A DNA stretch of 64,000 bases from contig OZ024740.1 of NCBI GenBank assembly GCA_964016885.1, positions 110,856,001-110,920,000 on the forward strand, given 5' to 3'. The DNA is from Eledone cirrhosa (lineage: Eukaryota). Below the pieces are notes generated by a model. That model saw nothing but the letters and a program-made list of their open reading frames with translations, ran no database searches and was not told the DNA's origin. How positions within the stretch are numbered: the first letter of the stretch is position 1; every line of letters starts with the position of its first letter. The position numbers and the translations under genes are program-made. Positions 54,101-64,000 of this stretch are shown here, piece by piece.

Positions 54101-57100
54101 TGTGTATGTCTGTGTGTTAATATGTGTGTTGGTATGTGTTACTGTGTATGTCTGTGTGTTAATATGTGTGTTGGTATGTGTTACTGTGCATGTCTGTGTG
54201 TTAATATGTGTTGGTATGTGTTACTGTGTATGTCTGTGTGCTAATATGTGTGTTGGTATGTGTTACTGTGTATGTCTGTGTGTTAATATGTGTGTTGGTA
54301 TGTGTTACTGTGTATGTCTGAGTGTTAATATATGTGTTGGTATGTGTTACTGTGTATGTCTGTGTGTTAATATGTGTGTTGGTATGTGTTACTGTGTATG
54401 TCTGTGTGTTAATATGTGTGTTGGTATGTGTTACTGTGTATGTCTGTGTGTTAATATGTGTGTTGGTATGTGTTACTGTGTATGTCTGTGTGTTAATATG
54501 TGTGTTGGTATGTGTTATTGTGTCTGCCGGTGTGTTAATATGTGTGTTGGTATGTGTTACTGTGTATGTCTGTGTGTTAATATGTATGTTGGTATGTGTT
54601 ACTGTTTATGTCTGTGTGTTAATATATGTGTTGATATGTGTTACTGTGTATGTCTGTGTGTTAATATGTGTGTTGGTATGTGTTACTGTGTATGTCTGTG
54701 CGTTAATATGTGTGTTGTTATGTGTTAGTGTGTATGTCTGTGTGTTAATATATGTGTTGGTATGTGTTACTGTGTATGTCTGTGTGTTAATGTGTGTGTT
54801 GGTATGTGTTACTGTGTATGTCTGTGTGTTAATATGTGTGTTGTTATGTGTTACTGTGTATGTCTGTGTGTTAATGTGTGTTGTTATGTGTTACTGTGTA
54901 TGTCTGTGTGTTAATGTGTGTTGGTATGTGTTACTGTGTGTTAATGTGTGTGTTGGTATGTGTTACTGTGTATGTCTGTGTGTTAATATGTGTTGGTATG
55001 TGTTACTGTGTATGTCTGTGTGTTAATGTGTGTGTTGGTATGTGTTACTGTGTATGTCTGTGTGTTAATGTGTGTTGGTATGTGTTACTGTGTATGTCTG
55101 TGTGTTAATATGTATGTTGGTATGTGTTACTGTGTATGTCTGTGTGTTAATGTGTGATGGTATGTGTTACTGTGTATGTCTGTGTGTTAATATGTGTGTT
55201 GGTATCTGTTACTGTGTATGTCTGTGTGTTAATATATGTTTTGGTATGTGTTACTGTGTATGTATGTGTGTTAATATGTGTGTTGGTATGTGTTACTGTG
55301 TATGTCTGTGTGTTAATATGTGTGTTGGTATGTGTTACTGTGTATGTCTGTGTGTTAATATGTGTGTTGGTATGTGTTACTGTGTATGTCTGTGTGTTAA
55401 TATGTGTGTTGGTATGTGTTACTGTGTATGTCTGTGTGTTAATATGTGTGTTGGTATGTGTTACTGTGTGTGTCTGTGTGTTAATATGTGGGTTGGTATG
55501 TGTTACTGTGTATGTCTGTGTGTTAATATGTGTATTGGTATGTGTTACTGTGTATGTCTGTGTGTTAATATGTGTGTTGGTATGTGTTGCTGTGTATGTC
55601 TGTGTGTTAATATGTGTGTTGGTATGTGTTACTGTGTGTGTCTGTGTGTTAATATGTGTGTTGGTATGTGTTACTGTGTATGTCTGTGTGTTAATATGTG
55701 TGTTGGTATGTGTTACTGTGTATGTCTGTGTGTTAATATGTGTGTTGGTATGTGTTACTGTGTATGTCTGTGTGTTAATATATATGTTGGTATGTGTTAC
55801 TGTGTATGTCTGTGTGTTAATGTGTGTGTTGGTATGTGTTACTGTGTATGTCTGTGTGTTAATATGTGTGTTGGTATGTGTTACTGTGTATGTCTGTGTG
55901 TTAATATGTGTGTTGGTATGTGTTACTGTGTATGTCTGTGTGTTAATATGTGTGTTGGTATGTGTTACTTTGTATGTCTGTGTGTTAATGTGTGTGTTGG
56001 TATGTGTTACTGTGTATGTCTGTGTGTTAATATGTGTGTTGGTATGTGTTACTGTGTATGTCTGTGTGTTAATATGTGTGTTGGTATGTGTTACTGTGTA
56101 TGTCTGTGTGTTAATATGTGTGTTGGTATGTGTTACTGTGTATGTCTGTGTGTTAATATGTATGTTGGTATGTGTTACTGTATATGTCTGTGTGTTAAAG
56201 TGTGTTGGTATGTGTTACTGTGTATGTCTGTGTGTTAATATATGTGTTGGTATGTGTTACTGTGTATGTCTGTGTGTTAATATGTGTGTTGGTATGTGTT
56301 ACTGTGTATGTCTGTGTGTTAATATGTGTGATGGTAGGTGTTACTGTGTATGTCTGTGTGTTAATATGTGTGTTGGTATGTGTTACTGTGTATGTCTGTG
56401 TGTTAATATATATGTTGGTATGTGTTACTGTGTATGTCTGTGTGTTAATGTGTGTGTTGGTATGTGTTACTGTGTATGTCTGTGTGTTAATATGTGTGTT
56501 GGTATGTGTTACTGTGTATGTCTGTGTGTTAATATGTGTGTTGGTATGTGTTACTGTGTATGTCTGTGTGTTAATATGTGTGTTGGTATGTGTTACTGTG
56601 TATGTCTGTGTGTTAATATGTGTGTTGGTATGTGTTACTGTGTATGTCTGTGTGTTAATATGTGTGTTGGTATGTGTTACTGTGTATGTCTGTGTGTTAA
56701 TATGTGTGTTGGTATGTGTTACTGTGTATGTCTGTGTGTTAATATGTGTGTTGGTATGTGTTACTGTGTATGTCTGTGTGTTAATATGTGTGTTGGTATG
56801 TGTTACTGTGCATGTCTGTGTGCTAATATGTGTGTTGGTATGTGTTACTGCGTATGTCTGTGTGTTAATATGTGTGTTCGTATGTGTTACTGTGTATGTC
56901 TGTGTGTTAATATATGTGTTGGTATGTGTTACTGTGTATGTCTGTGTGTTAATATGTCTGTTGGTATGTGTTACTGTGTATGTCAGTGTGTTAATATGTG
57001 TGTTGGTATGTGTTACTGTGTATGTCTGTGTGTTAATATGTGTGTTGGTATGTGTTACTGTGTATGTCTGTGTGTTAATGTGTGTTGGTATGTGTTACTA

Positions 57101-60100
57101 TGTATGTCTGTGTGTTAATGTGTGTTGGTATGTGTTACTGTGTATGTCTGTGTGTTAATATGTGTTGGTATGTGTTACTGTGTATCTCTGTGTGTTAATG
57201 TGTGTTGGTATGTGTTACTGTGTATGTCTGTGTGTTAATATGTATGTTGGTATGTGTTACTGTGTATGTCTGTGTGTTAAAGTGTGTTGGTATGTGTTAC
57301 TGTGTATGTCTGTGTGTTAATATATGTGTTGGTATGTGTTACTGTGTATGTCTGTGTGTTAATATGTGTGTTGGTATGTGTTACTGTGTATGTCTGTGTG
57401 TTAATATGTGTGATGGTATGTGTTACTGTGTATGTCTGTGTGTTAATATGTGTGTTGGTATGTGTTACTGTGTATGTCTGTGTGTTAATATATGTTTTGG
57501 TATGTGTTACTGTGTATGTCTGTGTGTTAATATGTGTGTTGGTATGTGTTACTGTGTATGTCTGTGTGTTAATATGTGTGTTGGTATGTGTTACTGTGTA
57601 TGTCTGTGTGTTAATATGTGTGTTGGTATGTGTTACTGTGTATGTCTGTGTGTTAATATGTGTGTTGGTATGTGTTACTGTGTATATCTGTGTGTTAATA
57701 TGTGTGTTGGTATGTGTGACTGTGTATGTCTGTGTGTTAATATGTGTGTTGGTATGTGTTACTGTGTATGTCTGTGTGTTAATATGTGTGTTGGTATGTG
57801 TTACTGTGCATGTCTGTGTGTTAATATGTGTTGGTATGTGTTACTGTGTATGTCTGTGTGCTAATATGTGTGTTGGTATGTGTTACTGTGTATGTCTGTG
57901 TGTTAATATGTGTGTTGGTATGTGTTACTGTGTATGTCTGAGTGTTAATATATGTGTTGGTATGTGTTACTGTGTATGTCTGTGTGTTAATATGTGTGTT
58001 GGTATGTGTTACTGTGTATGTCTGTGTGTTAATATGTGTGTTGGTATGTGTTACTGTGTATGTCTGTGTGTTAATATGTGTGTTGGTATGTGTTACTGTG
58101 TATGTCTGTGTGTTAATATGTGTGTTGGTATGTGTTATTGTGTATGCCGGTGTGTTAATATGTGTGTTGGTATGTGTTACTGTGTATGTCTGTGTGTTAA
58201 TATGTATGTTGGTATGTGTTACTGTTTATGTCTGTGTGTTAATATATGTGTTGATATGTGTTACTGTGTATGTCTGTGTGTTAATATGTGTGTTGGTATG
58301 TGTTACTGTGTATGTCTGTGCGTTAATATGTGTGTTGTTATGTGTTAGTGTGTATGTCTGTGTGTTAATATATGTGTTGGTATGTGTTACTGTGTATGTC
58401 TGTGTGTTAATGTGTGTGTTGGTATGTGTTACTGTGTATGTCTGTGTGTTAATATGTGTGTTGTTATGTGTTACTGTGTATGTCTGTGTGTTAATGTGTG
58501 TTGTTATGTGTTACTGTGTATGTCTGTGTGTTAATGTGTGTTGGTATGTGTTACTGTGTGTTAATGTGTGTGTTGGTATGTGTTACTGTGTATGTCTGTG
58601 TGTTAATATGTGTTGGTATGTGTTACTGTGTATGTCTGTGTGTTAATGTGTGTGTTGGTATGTGTTACTGTGTATGTCTGTGTGTTAATGTGTGTTGGTA
58701 TGTGTTACTGTGTATGTCTGTGTGTTAATATGTATGTTGGTATGTGTTACTGTGTATGTCTGTATGTTAATGTGTGTTGGTATGTGTTACTGTGTATGTC
58801 TGTGTGTTAATGTGTGTGTTGGTATGTGTTACTGTGTATGTCTGTGTGTTAATATGTGTGTTGGTATGTGTTACTGTGTATGTCTGTGTGTTAATATGTG
58901 TGTTGGTATGTGTTACTGTGTATGTATGTGTGTTAATATGTGTGTTGGTATGTGTTACTGTGTATGTCTGTGTGTTAATATGTGTGTTGGTATGTGTTAC
59001 TGTGTATGTCTGTGTGTTAATATATGTTTTGGTATGTGTTACTGTGTATGTCTGTGTGTTAATATGTGTGTTGGTATGTGTTACTGTGTATGTCTGTGTG
59101 TTAATATGTGTGTTGGTATGTGTTACTGTGTATGTCTGTGTGTTAATATGTGTGTTGGTATGTGTTACTGTGTATGTCTGTGTGTTAATATGTGTGTTGG
59201 TATGTGTTACTGTGCATGTCTGTGTGTTAATATATGTGTTGGTATGCGTTACTGTGTATGTCTGTGTGCTAATATGTGTGTTGGTATGTGTTACTGTGTA
59301 TGTATGTGTGTTAATATGTGTGTTAGTATGTGTTACTGTGTATGTCTGTGTGTTAATATATGTGTTGGTATGTGTTACTGTGTATGTCTGTGTGTTAATA
59401 TGTGTGTTGGTATGTGTTACTGTGTATGTCTGTGTGTTAATATGTGTGTTGGTATGTGTTACTGTGTATGTCTGTGTGTTAATATGTGTGTTGGTATGTG
59501 TTACTGTGTATGTCTGTGTGTTAATATGTGTGTTGGTATGTGTTATTGTGTATGTCTGTGTGTTAATATGTGTGTTGGTATGTGTTACTGTGTATGTCTG
59601 TGTGTTAATATGTGTGTTGGTATGTGTTACCGTTTATGTCTGTGTGTTAATATATGTGTTGGTATGTGTTACTGTGTATGTCTGTGTGTTAATATGTGTG
59701 TTGGTATGTGTTACTGTGTATGTCCGTGCGTTAATATGTGTGTTGTTATGTGTTAGTGTGTATGTCTGTGTGTTAATATATGTGTTGGTATGTGTTACTG
59801 TGTATGTCTGTGTGTTAATGTGTGTGTTGGTATGTGTTACTGTGTATGTCTGTGTGTTAATATGTGTGTTGTTATGTGTTACTGTGTATGTCTGTGTGTT
59901 AATGTGTGTTGGTATGTGTTACTGTGTATGTCTGTGTGTTAATGTGTGTGTTGGTATGTGTTACTGTGTATTTCTGTGTGTTAATGTGTGTTGGTATGTC
60001 TTACTGTGTATGTCTGTGTGTTAATATGTGTTGGTATGTGTTACTGTGTATGTCTGTGTGTTAATGTGTGTGTTGGTATGTGTTACTGTGTATGTCTGTG

Positions 60101-63100
60101 TGTTAATATGTGTGTTGGTATGTGTTACTGTGTATGTCTGTGTGTTAATGTGTGTGTTGGTATGTGTTACTGTGTATGTCTGTGTGTTAATGTGTGTGTT
60201 GGTATGTGCTACTGTGTATGTTTGTGTGTTAATATGTGTTGGTATGTGTTACTGTATATGTCTGTGTGTTAATAAGTGTGTTGGTATGTGTTACTGTGTA
60301 TGTCTGAGTGTTAATGTGTGTTGGTATGTGTTACTGTGTATGTATGTGTGTTAATATGTGTGTTGGTATGTGTTACTGTGTATGTCTGTGTGTTAATATG
60401 TGTGTTGGTATGTGTTACTGTGTATGTCTGTGTGTTAATGTGTGTGTTGGTATGTGTTACTGTGTATGTCTGTGTGTTAATATGTGTGTTGGTATGTGTT
60501 ACTGTGTATGTCTGTGTGTTAATATGTCTGTTGGTATGTGTTACTGTGTATGTCTGTGTGTTAATATGTGTGTTGGTATGTGTTACTGTGTATGTCTGTG
60601 TGCTAATGTGTGTTGGTATGTGTTACTGTGTATGTCTGTGTGTTAATATGTATGTTGGTATGTGTTACTGTGTATGTCTGTGTGTTAATATGTGTTGGTA
60701 TGTGTTACTGTGTATGTCTGTGTGTTAATAAGTGTGTTGGTATGTGTTACTGTGTATGTCTGTGTGTTAATGTGTGTTGGTATGTGTTACTGTGTATGTC
60801 TCTGTGTTAATGTGTGTTGGTATGTGTTACTGTGTATGTCTGTGTGTTAATATGTGTTGGTATGTGTTACTGTGTATGTCTGTGTGTTAATGTGCGTTGG
60901 TATGTGTTACTGTGTATGTCTGTGTGTTAATATGTATGTTGGTATGTGTTACTGTGTATGTCTGTGTGTTAAAGTGTGTTGGTATGTGTTACTGTGTATG
61001 TCTGTGTGTTAATATATGTGTTGGTATGTGTTACTGTGTATGTCTGTGTGTTAATATGTGTGTTGGTATGTGTTACTGTTTATGTCTGTGTGTTAATGTG
61101 TGTTGGTATGTGTTACTGTGTATGTCTGTGTGTTAATATGTATGTTGGTATGTGTTACTGTGTATGTCTGTGTGTTAATGTGTGTTGGTATGTGTTACTG
61201 TGTATGTCTGTGTGTTAATGTGTGTTGGTATGTGTTACTGTGTATGTCTGTGTGTTAATATATGTGTTGGTATGTGTTACTGTGTATGTCTGTGTGTTAA
61301 TGTGTGTTGGTATGTGTTACTGTGTATGTCTGTGTGTTAATGTGTGTTGGTATGTGTTACTGTGTATGTCTGTGTGTTAATATGTATGTTGGTATGTGTT
61401 ACTGTGTATGTCTGTGTGTTAATGTGTGTTGGTATGTGTTACTGTGTATGTCTGTGTGTTAATATATGTGTTGGTATGTGTTACTGTGTATGTCTGTGTG
61501 TTAATATGTGTGTTGGTATGTGTTACTGTGTATGTCTTTGTGTTAATGTGTGTTGGTATGTGTTACTGTGTATGTCTGTGTGTTAATATATGTGTTGGTA
61601 TGTGTTACTGTGTATGTCTGTGTGTTAATGTGTGTGTTGGTATGTGTTACTGTGTATGTCTGTGTGTTAATATGTGTGTTGGTATGTGTTACTGTGTATG
61701 TCTGTGTGTTAATGTGTGTGTTGGTATGTGTTACTGTGTATGTCTGTGTGTTAATATGTGTGTTGGTATGTGTTACTGTGTATGTCTGTGTATTAATGTG
61801 TGTTGGTATGTGTTACTGTGTATGTCTGTGTGTTAATATGTGTGTTGGTATGTGTTACTGTGTATGTCTGTGTGTTAATGTGTGTTGGTATGTGTTACTG
61901 TGTATGTCTGTGTGTTAATGTGTGTTGGTATGTGTTACTGTGTATGTCTGTGTGTTAATATGTGTGTTGTTATGTGTTACTATGTATGTCTGTGTGTTAA
62001 TATGTGTGTTGGTATGTGTTGCTGTGTATGTCTGTGTGTTAATATGTGTGTTGGTATGTGTTACTGTGTGTGTCTGTGTGTTAATATGTCTGTTGGTATG
62101 TGCTACTGTGTATGTCTGTGTGTTAATATGTGTGTTGGTATGTATTACTGTGTATGTCTGTGTGTTGGTATGTGTTACCGTGTATGTCTGTGTGTTAATA
62201 TATGTGTTGGTATGTGTTACTGTGTATGTCTGTGTGTTAATATGTGTGTTGGTATGTGTTACTGTGTATGTCTGTGTGTTAATATATGTGTTGGTATGTG
62301 TTACTCTGTATGTCTGTGTGTTAATATGTGTGTTGGTATGTGTTACTGTGTATGTCTGTGTGATAATACGTGTGTTGGTATGTGTGTTGGTATGTGTTAC
62401 TGTGTATGTCTGTGTGTTAATATGTGTGTTGGTATGTGTTACTGTGTATGTATGTGTGTTAATATGTGTGTTGGTATGTGTTACTGTGTATGTCTGTGTG
62501 TTAATACGTGTGTTGGTATGTGTTACTTTGTATGACTTTGTGTTAATGTGTGTGTTGGTATGTGTTACTGTGTATGTCTGTGTGTTAATATGTGTGTTGG
62601 TATGTGTTACTGTGTATGTCTGTGTGTTAATATGTGTGTTGGTATGTGTTACTGTGTATGTCTGTGTGTTAATATGTGTGTTGGTATGTGTTACTGTGTA
62701 TGTCTGTGTGTTAATGTGTGTTGGTATTTGTTACTGTGTCTGTTTGTGTGTTAATATGTATGTTGGTATGTGTTACTGTGTATGTCTGTGTGTTAATATG
62801 GGTGTTGGTATGTGTTACTGTGTGTGTCTGTGTGTTAATATGTGTGTTGGTATGTGTTACTGTGTATGTCTGTGTGTTAATATGTGTGTTGGTATGTGTT
62901 ACTCTGTATGTCTGTGTGTTAATGTGTGTTGGTATGTGTTACTGTGTATGTCTGTGTGTTAATATGTGTGTTGGTATGTGTTACTGTGTATGTCTGTGTG
63001 TTAATATGTGTTGGTATGTGTTACTGTGTATGTCTGTGTGTTAATATGTGTGTTGGTATGTGTTACTGTGTATGTCTGTGTGTTAATGTGTGTTGGTATG

Positions 63101-64000
63101 TGTTACTGTGTATGTATGTGTGTTAATATGTATGTTGGTATGTGTTACTGTGTATTTCTGTGTGTTAATGTTTGTTGGTATGTGTTACTGTTTATGTCTG
63201 TGTGTTAATGTGTGTTGGTATGTGTTACTGTGTATGTCTGTGTGTTAATATGTATGTTGGTATGTGTTACTGTGTATGTCTGTGTGTTAATGTGTGTTGG
63301 TATGTGTTACTGTGTATGTCTGTGTGTTAATGTGTGTTGGTATGTGTTACTGTGTATGTCTGTGTGTTAATATGTGTTGGTATGTGTTACTGTGTATGTC
63401 TGTGTGTTAATGTGTGTTGGTATGTGTTACTGTGTATGTCTGTGTGTTAATATGTATGTTGGTATGTGTTACTGTGTATGTCTGTGTGTTAAAGTGTGTT
63501 GGTATGTGTTACTGTGTATGTCTGTGTGTTAATATATGTGTTGGTATGTGTTACTGTGTATGTCTGTGTGTTAATATGTGTGATGGTATGTGTTACTGTG
63601 TATGTCTGTGTGTTAATATGTGTGTTGGTATGTGTTACTGTGTATGTCTGTGTGTTAATATATGTTTTGGTATGTGTTACTGTGTATGTCTGTGTGTTAA
63701 TATGTGTGTTGGTATGTGTTACTGTGTATGTCTGTGTTAATATGTGTGTTGGTATGTGTTACTGTGTATGTCTGTGTGTTAATATGTGTGTTGGTATGTG
63801 TTACTGTGTATGTCTGTGTGTTAATATGTGTGTTGGTATGTGTTACTGTGCATGTCTGTGTGTTAATATATGTGTTGGTATGCGTTACTGTGTATGTCTG
63901 TGTGCTAATATGTGTGTTGGTATGTGTTACTGTGTATGTATGTGTGTTAATATGTGTGTTGGTATGTGTTACTGTGTATGTCTGTGTGTTAATATATGTG
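51165..64000. repeat. 42-bp minisatellite array (40-bp variants) with higher-order duplication
   Basis: Unit tgtgtgttggtatgtgttactgtgtatgtctgtgtgttaata. The variant pattern at ~51620-55150 is repeated at ~55156-58770, with offsets of 3536 then 3620. Confidence 0.97.

Noticed and set aside
51113-63740. Cys-rich repetitive ORFs (keratin-associated or metallothionein-like in appearance)
   Set aside because: 42-bp satellite with frequent 2-bp frame-breaking deletions, open in several frames, and no sign of codon-level constraint.

Overview
Repeat-saturated animal genomic DNA. The SINE-like fragments and microsatellite content suggest an Octopus-like cephalopod; this is inference from recalled SINE consensus sequences, not a search. 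No host gene can be called with confidence, and almost all long ORFs in the track are microsatellite translation artefacts. About 35 kb is tandem repeat: a TATG/TA compound array with ~2 kb higher-order repeats, two (TA)nG arrays, and a 42-bp minisatellite with ~3.5-3.6 kb higher-order duplication. Protein-coding TE sequence comprises three pieces. The first is the 5' part of an apparently open R4/Dong-like non-LTR retrotransposon ORF (1-1538, minus), which runs off the window and is absent from the ORF track. The other two are degenerate Penelope-like elements (PLEs): one GIY-YIG region on the minus strand, and one RT plus EN region on the plus strand. Also present are two non-autonomous Helitrons, SINE fragments and a tiny MITE. 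The main observation is at least 12 type I hammerhead ribozyme motifs from several unrelated non-coding families embedded in TA microsatellites. Two families form head-to-tail, retrozyme-like repeats with 424-nt and 598-nt periods. The 598-nt family carries an unusual U3-A8 core and a long, covarying stem II insertion. Several other families form palindromes centred near the ribozyme and share a conserved 3' tail motif.
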